Shown here: piece by piece, positions 28,140-38,500 of the stretch
Numbering within the stretch: the stretch's first letter is position 1
Layout: each line of letters starts with the position of its first letter
Source: a candidate division WOR-1 bacterium RIFOXYB2_FULL_36_35
GTDB lineage: Bacteria > Margulisbacteria > WOR-1 > XYC2-FULL-46-14 > XYC2-FULL-37-10
DNA: 64,000 nucleotides
Reading direction: 5' to 3'
Assembly (NCBI GenBank): GCA_001771505.1
Contig: MEUA01000010.1
Coordinates: forward strand, 3,532 to 67,531
Made by a program: the position numbers and the translations under genes
The notes under the pieces: generated by a model
The model's database searches: none
Seen by the model: only the letters and a program-made list of their open reading frames with translations
Told to the model about the DNA's origin: nothing

Positions 28140-29903
28140 ATGAAAGTACTAAGAGGGAGTGGATGGGACACCAGCCGAACAATAAATTTTATTCTAGGAA
28201 GAACAACCTATATCGAAACTTTTTTGGGATCATTTAAGAGCGGAAGAGTAAAAGTACATATATCTCCATCATTGAGCAGACATGCAGTTGATGTTAAAGT
28301 TAAAAAAGAAAATGAAGTAGTTGGCAGAGTAAAAAGAGATGAAGTAGCTTTTCTTTCAATAGGGACAATTCAAATTTTCTTAACTCAATACAATGAAATA
28401 ACAATTGGGAAAAAAATCCCATCAAATGAACATGGCGCCGCAGATATAATGATTGAAGATAGTTTTCTTCCTAAGCAATTTTTTTCTATATATTTTGATA
28501 GAGACAATCAATGTTTTGCTCTCAAAGTGTTTTCCAATCATAGCCGCCTCACTATATACGACAACTACAAAGGAAGACAAGAGCAGGTATTACTTGACTG
28601 CGATACGGAACCTTTTTTGCTTTCCCCTTACAATATTATTGAATTCGAACTATCCGGAATTAATAGTTTTGGGGAACAAGAAAGAGCAACAATATCATTT
28701 AGACATGTTATACGAAATGGTACGCCCCAAACAAAAAAAGAACCAGAACTAATGTTGCCCCCGCCATTTTTTAATATAACCCAAACAGAACCAAGGACAA
28801 ATGGTATTCCCCCAACAAGCCTTACAGAAGATTCTCCTTGCAAAAGCATAGTCCTAAGACAACCAATGCCAATTATAACAAACGGTCATTTTCTTAAAAG
28901 ATGGCAAATTAAAAATTTAATGGATATCGATACTCCCCAAGCATGGGAAATTCTTCTGACCAAAACAAAGAGAAGATTTCTACTTTCATTATTAAAAACA
29001 AAAAACCGCGATAAATTACTTAGAATATCTGATTTGGCAAAAACCGGCAATTTAGCAGCCAGCAATTTTTTATGCTCTTACCTGCCACAAATGGGAAAAA
29101 AAGATTTTACACAATTAGCATCTTCTCACGGAGACCTAAAACACATAACAAGTTCTCTTAATTTGTCGCAGCTTTATTCTCTTGTAAAAACAGAATCTTC
29201 TGTTAAAGCGGGAAAAAGTCTATGGGGACTTAAAGATGAGGTTTTTCGAAAAATTTTACAACAAGCAGAAGGGCTTGACAATGAAGCTATTCAATTATTA
29301 TTTCAATTCTTAATTTCAGAAAAAGACATGTTTTATGTTATGCATCTTAATGACATTGCACTTCTTGAAAGATCGTTGCCATTGGTTGGCAGGGACAACA
29401 TAGAAAAATTGCTATCAATGTTAATTGATTTTGTGAAAAAATCTTCAGGATCAACAAGGAAAAAGATGTTTTTGCCAATAAAAACAATACTAGAATTTTT
29501 AATACGTAAAGCAAAAACATCTGCAACAAAAAATTTATATATATTTATTATAACAGACTTCCTGTTCTATAAATTTCCTTCTGAATACATAGGCTATATG
29601 GAAGCTTACAAGATTTTTGAACTTTGTCTGTATGATTGTTTAAGATGGGAAGATTTATATGCTTTATTAAATAGCGACAAATTCCCTAAAACCTCCGAAG
29701 GGAAAGAAGCTTATAAAAAAGTCCTTCTTATTGTTTTGGATGCAGCAGAAAAAGGAAACGCAAAAGCCAAAAAGTGTCTTAAAGATCACTTACTAAGGAT
29801 AGATACTTACTGGCTAAAATATTTAAAGGTTTTTGGAACTTCTGACGGTTGGGGGATTTTTACACAGCACTGGCCCAGAATCAGAAAAATCAATGAGGAT
29901 TAA
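28140..29903 (+). CDS. Hypothetical 587-aa protein, mostly alpha-helical; possible FHA-like N-terminus
   Basis: Good Shine-Dalgarno (AAGGAGA). Transcribed divergently from the flagellar operon. N-terminal FILGRTTYIETF...HISPSLSRHAVDV loosely fits the GR...SxxH spacing of FHA domains, but this is a weak call. No enzymatic motif. Confidence 0.5.
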   Translation: MKVLRGSGWDTSRTINFILGRTTYIETFLGSFKSGRVKVHISPSLSRHAVDVKVKKENEVVGRVKRDEVAFLSIGTIQIFLTQYNEITIGKKIPSNEHGAADIMIEDSFLPKQFFSIYFDRDNQCFALKVFSNHSRLTIYDNYKGRQEQVLLDCDTEPFLLSPYNIIEFELSGINSFGEQERATISFRHVIRNGTPQTKKEPELMLPPPFFNITQTEPRTNGIPPTSLTEDSPCKSIVLRQPMPIITNGHFLKRWQIKNLMDIDTPQAWEILLTKTKRRFLLSLLKTKNRDKLLRISDLAKTGNLAASNFLCSYLPQMGKKDFTQLASSHGDLKHITSSLNLSQLYSLVKTESSVKAGKSLWGLKDEVFRKILQQAEGLDNEAIQLLFQFLISEKDMFYVMHLNDIALLERSLPLVGRDNIEKLLSMLIDFVKKSSGSTRKKMFLPIKTILEFLIRKAKTSATKNLYIFIITDFLFYKFPSEYIGYMEAYKIFELCLYDCLRWEDLYALLNSDKFPKTSEGKEAYKKVLLIVLDAAEKGNAKAKKCLKDHLLRIDTYWLKYLKVFGTSDGWGIFTQHWPRIRKINED

Positions 29904-29945
29904 GCTGCCTAAGCCTGATTTTTTGAGGCAGAAAACATCGTCTTT

Positions 29946-30281
29946 TCATCTCTTTTTTTCCTTCTCTGTCTCTCTCATTTTGGATATAAGTTTCTCTCTC
30001 TTCTCCGCCATTCTATCAAGTTTATAAATAAAAAATAAAACTTCGGCAACAAGAGTGTAGAGTTCGGGAGGAACTTCTGTATCTATCTCAAGTTTTGCGA
30101 GGAGTTGCGCAAGATCAGGATCTTCATAAAGAGGAATCTTGTTTTCATCCGCAATTCTTAATATTTCGTCAGCAATAGGACCACTCCCCGCAGCTAAAAC
30201 AAGGGGGGCTTTATCTTTATCAACATCATACCTTAAAGCAACTACAGCCCTTTTTTTTTCTTTATCTTCAAACTCAGCCAT
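29946..30281 (-). CDS. FlhB C-terminal-domain-only protein (YlqH/FhlB-like, EscU/YscU family)
   Basis: KRAVVALRYDVDKDKAPLVLAAGSGPIADEILRIADENKIPLYEDPDLAQLLAKLEIDTEVPPELYTLVAEVLFFIYKL matches the FlhB cytoplasmic C-terminal domain (KAVAL.Y....APKVVAKG.G..A..I...A...gIP..ed..LAr.Ly.....g.eIP.eLy.aVAeiLafv). Confidence 0.7.
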   Translation of the reverse strand: MAEFEDKEKKRAVVALRYDVDKDKAPLVLAAGSGPIADEILRIADENKIPLYEDPDLAQLLAKLEIDTEVPPELYTLVAEVLFFIYKLDRMAEKREKLISKMRETEKEKKR

Positions 30282-31552
30282 TATGCCTCCAAATCAATCC
30301 TCTTTAATTGAGCGCCAAGCTTAGGCAGCATAGGAATTAAATATGGCTTTACGCTGCACATGGCAGGATCAATTTTAATCTGATACCCTGAAACAATAAA
30401 ATCACTCTGAACAAGCTTTTTTTGAAGCTCAGAATATTCCCTTGCTATTATCTCACTTGCATCATCACCATATTCTTTTTTATTAAAAACAAAAACAATA
30501 TAAACTCTTTTTGCCTTCACATAAACGGAACAAACCATTTTACCAAGATTTGCTGTTTGCAGGGATAAAACAACCTGAGAATTTTCGTAATCAAAAGTTG
30601 AATTTTTTTCATCACCGTTCCGTTTTATCACTATTTCCAAATCTTTTGGCGGATCTGCTGACAAATTAGGAACCTGCTTATAAAGGAAATTTACGTCCTC
30701 TTTTCCTTTTTGGGACAATAAAGCTTGAGCAACCAAGTTCTCTATAACCGCATTAAGTTTGCTCATAGATTGCCCCAAACTTGATTGTAAAACTTGAGCT
30801 TCCGCAGAACCAGAATTCTCTGCTTTTCCTTGAACCTCCGTTAATAAAGCTTTTAAAGCTTTAATATCATTAAGAAGATTTTTGTTGTTTACTTTAAATT
30901 GTTTGCCTGTAAATCCAGAAACTGCTTCATCAAACTGCGCAAGAAGAGCCCCAAGCTGAGAGACAAGATTAGTATCCAATAAACCTTTACTTATGCCCAA
31001 TGCGGAACCAAGATTAGTTAAGCCTTGTTGCAGTGCAACAAGTTGAGAAGCAATCTGAGGATTTTCCGCAAAAAATTTACCAAGTATCTGCAATGCTTCA
31101 GGAGAATCTATCCCTTTCATGGTAAGCATAATGGCTGCTTCCTGCATACTTAAACTTTTATTCGTCCCTTGAAGCAAAGATAATATACTTACAAAATTCA
31201 CCTGTGAAAGTTCCAAACCATCTTTAAGCATTAAAGAAGCAAGCTTAACATTAAAATCTGTATCAGGTATCTGAAGCTGTAGAAGATGTTGTTTTATATC
31301 CGCAATAGTTAATGGTCTGGCAATATTTGCAGCCTGTGTTGGAGGTAAAGCTGTTGTTGTCCCCGTAGTTTGAGAAACAGTAGTGGTAGGTGCAGCGCCT
31401 GTTGTAGAACCTGTGGAAACAGATCCTTTTACATTCCCACTTATCTGAGTTTGATTAACAGTCTGAGCCTGAGGCGCACTCTTGCCAGAAGGCCAAATTA
31501 TAGGTTTTCCAGGATGAACGCCTCCAGACTGGGTTGACATATCTTGAGCCAT
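30281..31552 (-). CDS. FliK-like flagellar hook-length control protein (Thr/Gly-rich N-terminus, Flg_hook-type C-terminal domain)
   Basis: Low-complexity T/S/G-rich N-terminal region. The C-terminus VVLSLQTANLGKMVCSVYVKAKRVYIVFVFNKKEYGDDASEIIAREYSELQKKLVQSDFIVSGYQIKI fits the FliK C-terminal pattern. Lies upstream of the YlqH-like gene, as in many genomes. Confidence 0.45.
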   Translation of the reverse strand: MAQDMSTQSGGVHPGKPIIWPSGKSAPQAQTVNQTQISGNVKGSVSTGSTTGAAPTTTVSQTTGTTTALPPTQAANIARPLTIADIKQHLLQLQIPDTDFNVKLASLMLKDGLELSQVNFVSILSLLQGTNKSLSMQEAAIMLTMKGIDSPEALQILGKFFAENPQIASQLVALQQGLTNLGSALGISKGLLDTNLVSQLGALLAQFDEAVSGFTGKQFKVNNKNLLNDIKALKALLTEVQGKAENSGSAEAQVLQSSLGQSMSKLNAVIENLVAQALLSQKGKEDVNFLYKQVPNLSADPPKDLEIVIKRNGDEKNSTFDYENSQVVLSLQTANLGKMVCSVYVKAKRVYIVFVFNKKEYGDDASEIIAREYSELQKKLVQSDFIVSGYQIKIDPAMCSVKPYLIPMLPKLGAQLKRIDLEA

Positions 31553-31609
31553 GGCATTTATTATATCGTAACGGTAAAAGGAAATCTTGTAGAACTTTTA
31601 TTTGAAGTA

Positions 31610-32311
31610 TTATTTTTTAGGTTTTTCAGAAGTGGAAGATTTATCTCCCTCTTTTGAAGTCGCACCCTCTGTTGATTTAGCTTCCGTTTGAGAGGACAAT
31701 CCCTCACCCTCCGCAGGAAGCGCGCCTTCAACCACAGGAGCAGCAACAACCTCTTCTTTCGCAGGAGCAGAAATATGCACAATAGAATCTGTCTGATTAG
31801 CCAGAATCTTAACGCCTTCTTTAACTTCAATGTCAGAAACTAAAATACTATCCCCTATATTCAATAAAGAAACATCAAATTCAAACTTTTCAGGTATTCT
31901 ATCCGGCAAACATTCAACTTCAAGCTCTCTAATATTATGTACCAAAATACCACCTTCGTCTTTAACCCCGATAGACTCCCCTGTAAGCTCTACATGCACT
32001 TTTGTTTTAATTTTTTCATCCATACGGATACGGAAAAAATCAATATGCAAAATGTCTTCACCTAAAACATCTCTTTGAACATCATGGACAAGAACAGGCA
32101 ATGTATCGTTTTTAATTTTTAGGTCAATAATGGCATTTTTTCCAACATCTCCACCTATAATTTTGACAAAGGATTTAATAGGTACAGAAATAGGAAAAGA
32201 TTCCATTCCATGACCATACACTATAGCAGGAATAACACCGTTTTTACGTAAACCACTAACCTTCTTTCCTAATAGTTCTCTCTTTTCAGCTTCTAAATAA
32301 ACTTTCTTCAT
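31610..32311 (-). CDS. rplY: 50S ribosomal protein L25 / general stress protein Ctc
   Basis: MKKVYLEAEKRELLGKKVSGLRKNGVIPAIVYGHG, followed by a beta-barrel domain and a C-terminal acidic, low-complexity tail. Confidence 0.85.
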   Translation of the reverse strand: MKKVYLEAEKRELLGKKVSGLRKNGVIPAIVYGHGMESFPISVPIKSFVKIIGGDVGKNAIIDLKIKNDTLPVLVHDVQRDVLGEDILHIDFFRIRMDEKIKTKVHVELTGESIGVKDEGGILVHNIRELEVECLPDRIPEKFEFDVSLLNIGDSILVSDIEVKEGVKILANQTDSIVHISAPAKEEVVAAPVVEGALPAEGEGLSSQTEAKSTEGATSKEGDKSSTSEKPKK

Positions 32312-32359
32312 AATAGTTTAATTATACCAAAAAACTTAAAAAAACTCAAATCACACAGG

Positions 32360-34315
32360 CTACCTCCTTATCTCCACGCCCAAATGCTCTTCCAAAGCTT
32401 TTTGAATAGTATTAAATTTTTCATTCACAATGTCATCTGTCAATGTTGAGTTTTTATCTCTAAAAGATAGTCTATAGGCTCTGCTGTTTTTGTAAATATC
32501 AAACAATTCCACTTCCTCCAAAAACTCACCCCCAAATTTTTTAATGAGGTCAACTATCTTTTGATGAGAAGAATTTGATGAAACAAACATGGCCAAATCT
32601 CTCTCAACTTTAGGAAACCTAGGTAATTTGGAATACCTTTTTTCTTTTTTTGCCAAAAACAACGCCGTCAGGTCTAATTGAAAAACAAAAATATCCTGTC
32701 TAAAATTCCATTTTTTAGAAACTTCAGGATGCAACAAGCCAAACCATCCGATATCTTTAATTTCGCCGGACTCATTTGGGTGAAGGAGGTTATTGTTAAC
32801 TGATGAAACATAAAAACAATCTACAAACTCATAAAGCAAGTTTTCAACAATCCCCTTAACATCAAAATAAGATGATTTAGGAAAAGTTATAGCGCCCGCT
32901 ATAATATCTTTTTCTTGATGAGGAGTTCCAGGCATAAAAATTTTCCCGACTTCATAAATCCTTATATCATTAATCTGATGCCTTATATTATGAGAAATAA
33001 CTTTCAAGAGTCCGGAAATAATATCGGTTCTCATAACAGATGCTTCGGATGTCATTGGGTTTGATATCTTTAAAGCTGAACCATCAGCGTTGTTTGGATC
33101 TACTATGCTAAAAGTTTGAACCTCATATAAGCCTGATCCTGCCAAAATCTCTTTTATGTAAGATACCTTATCCAAAGTATCATCACCTAAAGATTTTTTA
33201 ATAAAGGTAGGCATCGTAGTTAAAATTTTATCATACCCATTTATACGCGAGATTTCTTCTATTAGATCAATTTCTCTTTCAATATCCGAAATCCTGAAGC
33301 TTGGAACTTCCACTTTTAATTTTTTATTATCTTTTTTAATAATTTTAAATCCCAATCTCCTTAAAATCTTTACGGCAACTTCCGGGAAAATTTTAATTCC
33401 CAATAATTGTTCTAGTCTAGAAAATCTAAGATCCAATATTTTGGGAGCGCTTCTTTTTTCTGCTATATCAATTATTCCAGACAAAACATCTCCATTCCCC
33501 AACTCCGCAATTAATTGAGCTCCAAGATCCAAAGCCCGTCCAACCATGTTCCAATCAACTGCTTTTTCAAAGCGGGCCGAAGATTCGGTTCTTAATTTGG
33601 TCTCTTTTGAAGTTTTGCTTATCGAAAGAGGGTTAAAATAAGCTGATTCCAAGACAATCGTCGTTGTAGAATCAGAAACTTCTGTATTTTTCCCACCCAT
33701 AACGCCAGCAATAGCAACAATTCTCTCTAAATCTGCAATGACAAGCATATCTCTTGTAAGTTTATGTTCTCCTCCATCTAAAGTCTTAAATGGTTCGCAA
33801 TCAGAAGCCCTTCGAACAATTATCTGTTTAAAGCTTCCACTCAAACTTTGCAGTTTGTCTGCGTCAAAAGCATGCATAGGTTGACCATACCCTAAAAGAA
33901 TATAATTTGTAACATCGACAACATTGTTAATCGATCTTATTCCACAAGATTCAAGCCTCTCTTTAAGCCATTGAGGAGACTCTTTTATTTTTACATTTTT
34001 GATGACCCTGGCCATGTAGCGCGGACAAAGTTTTTTATCTCTTACATCAACTCTAAGATATGATGAAATTTTCTCTTTTATCTCTTTAATCTTTGTTTTT
34101 GAGGTTTTTGATTTTGCTCCTGTTACAGCACAAACTTCACGGCTAACACCTAAAACAGATTGGCAATCTCCCCTATTCGGCAAAATATCAACCTCAAGAA
34201 AATTGCCGGCAGAAACAGAGGTCTCAAGTCCCGCCATAGTAAGTAAAGAAGCAAGCTCATCTGCTTTTATGTTTATATTGACAAAATCTTTTAACCACTC
34301 TATAGGAACTTTCAT
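32360..34315 (-). CDS. pheT: Phenylalanine--tRNA ligase beta subunit
   Basis: N-terminus MKVPIEWLKDFVNINIKADELASLLTMAGLE. Contains B3/B4 and B5 domains and a C-terminal FDX-ACB-like domain. Located downstream of pheS. Confidence 0.9.
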   Translation of the reverse strand: MKVPIEWLKDFVNINIKADELASLLTMAGLETSVSAGNFLEVDILPNRGDCQSVLGVSREVCAVTGAKSKTSKTKIKEIKEKISSYLRVDVRDKKLCPRYMARVIKNVKIKESPQWLKERLESCGIRSINNVVDVTNYILLGYGQPMHAFDADKLQSLSGSFKQIIVRRASDCEPFKTLDGGEHKLTRDMLVIADLERIVAIAGVMGGKNTEVSDSTTTIVLESAYFNPLSISKTSKETKLRTESSARFEKAVDWNMVGRALDLGAQLIAELGNGDVLSGIIDIAEKRSAPKILDLRFSRLEQLLGIKIFPEVAVKILRRLGFKIIKKDNKKLKVEVPSFRISDIEREIDLIEEISRINGYDKILTTMPTFIKKSLGDDTLDKVSYIKEILAGSGLYEVQTFSIVDPNNADGSALKISNPMTSEASVMRTDIISGLLKVISHNIRHQINDIRIYEVGKIFMPGTPHQEKDIIAGAITFPKSSYFDVKGIVENLLYEFVDCFYVSSVNNNLLHPNESGEIKDIGWFGLLHPEVSKKWNFRQDIFVFQLDLTALFLAKKEKRYSKLPRFPKVERDLAMFVSSNSSHQKIVDLIKKFGGEFLEEVELFDIYKNSRAYRLSFRDKNSTLTDDIVNEKFNTIQKALEEHLGVEIRR

Positions 34316-34354
34316 GTTTTTTTAATCCTTATTCTCAAATCTCATCCCCCACTC

Positions 34355-35374
34355 TCAAAACTGTTTTAAAAACCTCAAATCATTTTCATAAAAAAGCCGA
34401 ATATCATCAATCCCATGTTTAAGCATAGCGATACGCTCAATCCCCAAACCAAAAGCAAACCCTGAATATTTTTCGGGATCGATATCGACGTAACCAAATA
34501 CATTTGGATCAACCATCCCTGATCCCAAGATTTCAATCCAGCCGGTCTCTTTGCAAATTCTACATCCTTTACCGCCACAGGAAGTACATTCAACATCAAC
34601 TTCCGCCGATGGTTCTGTAAAAGGAAAATAACTTGGCCTGAATCTTACCTTTTTGTTTTTGCCAAAAACAGCATGCAAAAACGCGGTTAAAACACCTTTT
34701 AAATCGCCAAAAGTGATATTAGTATCAACCATAAGCCCTTCCAACTGATGAAAAACTGATGAATGAGTAATATCATCATCTCTTCTGTAAACTCGACCCG
34801 GAACAACAAAAGCAAAAGGAGGTTTTTGTTTCTCCATTATACGAATCTGAACAGGAGAGGTATGAGTCCTAAGCAAAAGTCCATTTTCAAGCCAAAACGT
34901 AGCCCACATATCACGTGAAGGGTGATATTTTGGGATGTTTAACGCTTCAAAATTATAATATTCCGTTTCAATATCCGGACCTAAAGCAATATCAAATCCT
35001 AATCGCCTAAAAATTTTTACAAGCTCATCTACTACAACAGTGATAGGATGTCTCTTTCCGCGAGGAATTCTCTTCCCGGGAAGAGTTATATCCATTGTCT
35101 TTTCAGACAGGTTGTGAGCCAAGATCTGTCCTTCAAATTGAACCTTTTTTTCCTCTATTTTTGTTTCAATCTCTCTTTTGGTAAGATTCAAAGATTGACC
35201 AAAAGCAGGCCGATCCGAAGGATCTACAGTCTTTAAAGATTTTAATATCTCTGTTAAAAGCCCTTTTTTCCCAAGGTATTTAATGCGAATTGACTCAAGA
35301 TCTTGTAACGATTTTACACTATCAAGATCACTATCAGCTTGTAATTTAATCTCTTCTATTTTACCAGATAGCAA
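34355..35374 (-). CDS. pheS: Phenylalanine--tRNA ligase alpha subunit
   Basis: Class II aaRS motifs (FRPSYFPFTEPSAEVDV; GWIEILGSGMVDPNV). Confidence 0.9.
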   Translation of the reverse strand: MLSGKIEEIKLQADSDLDSVKSLQDLESIRIKYLGKKGLLTEILKSLKTVDPSDRPAFGQSLNLTKREIETKIEEKKVQFEGQILAHNLSEKTMDITLPGKRIPRGKRHPITVVVDELVKIFRRLGFDIALGPDIETEYYNFEALNIPKYHPSRDMWATFWLENGLLLRTHTSPVQIRIMEKQKPPFAFVVPGRVYRRDDDITHSSVFHQLEGLMVDTNITFGDLKGVLTAFLHAVFGKNKKVRFRPSYFPFTEPSAEVDVECTSCGGKGCRICKETGWIEILGSGMVDPNVFGYVDIDPEKYSGFAFGLGIERIAMLKHGIDDIRLFYENDLRFLKQF

Positions 35375-35393
35375 ACGCTTACCTCCCGATCCT

Positions 35394-35443
35394 GGGACTG
35401 TTGCGAAATGTCACCCTGAGCTCAGCCTAAGGGTGCGAAAACC
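35394..35443. repeat. Solo terminal repeat of the family-2 element (GACTGTTGCGAAATG) plus a hairpin, upstream of pheS
   Basis: 15/15-nt identity to the TIR of the element at 56180-56294, followed by a different hairpin (CACCCTGAGCTCAGCCTAAGGGTG). Confidence 0.5.
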
Positions 35444-35517
35444 TTAATCCTCTTATTAAAAGATAATTATAACAAAAAAGTTGAAACTTTGTACTGTTTT
35501 AAACGAAAAAAAATTAT

Positions 35518-38500
35518 ATGACAATTCAAATATCTACAAAAAGCATCTATGCCGCAAAAAAAATAAAAGCAGGGCTAGGTGCTGTTATTGAGTCTGAAGG
35601 GAAATGTCTTGCCATCACAAGGCTTTCTACTCAAAGAACAGATTTACAGCCTCTTTACACTGAAACAACCTCTTTAAAAATAGTCAGAGGGATTACCGGA
35701 AGGATTGCGATAAGAAGCAATCCGAACTTTGAATTTGTAGATCCCGCAAAAAGGGCAAAAAGGATAAAAGAACTTGTCTCTTTAGGCAACGCAAATGATT
35801 TAGAATCAGCAGCGATGCTCCTTTTTTCCTGTGGTGATTCTTTTGAAACAATTCAAAAAATTATTGAAGAACAAAAACTGGAGCATCAGCTTGTCTTACT
35901 ATGCGAGGCTGGTAATCCCAATTCTGTGGCTGATTACTTTTATCAACTCGCGATAAATGACAAAAAAGAAGGAATAAATAAAATCATAGAAATTTCTCGG
36001 GGCAAAACGGCAGCAAAATATGTTTACGGATTTACAAGTTACAGGCGATTGGCCGTGGTCTTGTTCAAACTTTCTATGAAGAATAACGGCTCAGGAAGGA
36101 AAGTTGTTGATAACATATTTTGCGCTGCCAGAGAACTTTTAGAACCTGGAATATTAGAGTCTGCCTTAAATGAATTAAACAGACAAATGCCTCATATTTT
36201 TAAAAATTACGCTGAATTCTCAATACCACAAATAAGAACTCCTCTATTTTTTGGAAGTCCACAAACAGGATTCAAAGAAACATCTACGTTTAAAACAGAA
36301 GGGAGCTCTCTCTTAAAAGAAAGAATGGAGGCAAGAAGAGATCTGACAATTGAAGAAGAAATAATCGCGCCTGAAATATCAAAAACAAGAAGACCGGTCT
36401 ATTCAAGTTGTAAAGCATTAGTCTTAAGAAATGACCCTGTGAGTAATTTATCAAAGTACTGGGATTTTGGATACGCAGATGCAAGGGAAACACTAATAGC
36501 CTCAGTCCAGGATCTGACAAGAAAAGGAGATTATAAATCAGCCTGTTTTTTATTGTTTGGTATACCAAGAAGAATAGATGAAATATCATCCGTCTTAAGG
36601 ATCGAATATTTAACATCAGAGGAGATAAGGGGTATTTTAGAAGTATTAGACAATGAAGGATTAAGAAGTTTTTTAGTTGAAGTCGCAAAATATGGCAGAG
36701 AGAAAGAAATTGGGGAATCTGTCGAACGTCTTACAAACTATATCGATCCATTTTTTTATGGGATATTACTGACATTATCAAAAATGCCAATACAAACTTT
36801 GACGGATGTTTTAGACATGATGATAAACCATAAAGAGGAAGAACAAAAAGAGGCCGCATATTATCTATTAAGAGAAGGATTAAATCCGTTTAAAACTTAT
36901 CATTTAAAATATACAGAGGCTTTGGAAACAATGTGCGCAAGAGATGGATATTTACAACCTATAGATTTTATTTTGCATGGGAAATTGCTCGTAACCGATG
37001 AAGCGGTTGCAATTCCAAATACAAGAGGCAAAATAAAATTTTACGACAATTTAATGCGTGAAAACAATCCAAGTATTGTAAGGCTTAAAGCTATGGTATG
37101 TTTAGCTCAATTGGGAAAAGGGGACATCGCGAAAAAATATCTTTCCGATAAATTCACAAAAATCCTACTACTAGAATGTATATTAGAACTTGCGGCTGAA
37201 CATAGCCGATTTCTAACATTATATAATCTAGATATTTTACTCGGTCTGGTTGACTATGATTGTGAAGCGGTAGCTTATTATGACGATAAAATTCAGATTC
37301 TTGGCATTAATAACGAAAAAATATCAAGAGAAGATTTTATTTCACGATTAAGAGATGCCTTTTTGGACACCCTTATTCCGGATAGTGCGATAATTGATTT
37401 CATAGATTACCTTGATAAAGCAACTGCAGCAATAAATCAGATAAAAAGAAAAGAACAGGAAAAAGAATGGTGTCCTGAATTAACAGAAGGGTATCTTAGA
37501 TTAATGGAATTCCAAGATGCAAGGTTTATCCCGTGGATTAAAAAGGGTTTATCACATTTAGACGTTGAAATCAGGACTGCCGCACTCAAAAACATCCATC
37601 TTTTAGAAAAAAGGGCCGCCGTAAAAATAGCAAGAGAAGTTGTACATTTACGGAAAAGGAGAAGGCCTACTTACAGCGATACACGCCTAAATTGGAATTA
37701 TAATGAGGGAGTTCAAGGATGCCTTGCTTTGATCAAGCTAGGAGAAGTTTCAGAGGGACTCACAGCATTATTAGATTTTGCCCTTGATTATTACGATTCA
37801 CCAAAGAGAACAACAAAAGAGACCAAACCAAAACTTGAAGGTCACTCCAAGCAACTTTATCTTATTACTCAAAAAATATTCGAGGCTCTTCTTGATAAAA
37901 AAACACAGGAAGAGAAAGAAAAACCTTGTACTACAGCAGCTCTTGAGTATTTAAAACATCCCGAAGCCGCGAACCATTTGATATTAAGAATATCTAAAGA
38001 CAAACTCTCAAAAATATTAGAACAACTTTCAGAACTCGAGTCAAAGGGGACTGCAAACATTACCTCCCAAGGGTTATTTAGTTTAACCAGTTATGAAATA
38101 GTTTTAAGAAAGTTACTAGAAGATGAAAAATACACAACTGCGTATGAGGTTATAGATAGCTTGAGCAACTTTTTGTTTCAAACAAGCAAAAAACCAAGAA
38201 CTTTCTATAGGACAAGAAGAAAAAAATATCTGCCATTGTTAAGACTAGTATGTTCAAAGCTCACAGAAACAAAATTATATATTGATATACCTGTTATGCT
38301 AAGGCTCGAACCAGATGATGTAAGCGCCATGTCTCTTGGAGGAGCGTTAAGACTACATTTTTTTTCAATAAGCATTTTAAATCTTGGGAAGGCGCATTCC
38401 AATAGAACATTAGATAATTTAGAAAAAGGGTCTACATTATTCAAAGATGAACTTGATCTTTTTAGAATTGACACATTTATAGAAGAATATGAAGAAAAAC

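Noticed and set aside
31561-31830. 89-aa ORF overlapping the 3' end of rplY on the same strand but a different frame
   Set aside because: It overlaps the Lys/Glu-rich C-terminal tail of L25/Ctc. The basic, low-complexity translation is a frame artefact of that region.
35375-35517. Possible T-box or leader upstream of pheS
   Set aside because: No specifier-loop/antiterminator T-box consensus (AGGGUGGNACCGCG) is visible. The region instead contains a solo family-2 terminal repeat and a hairpin.
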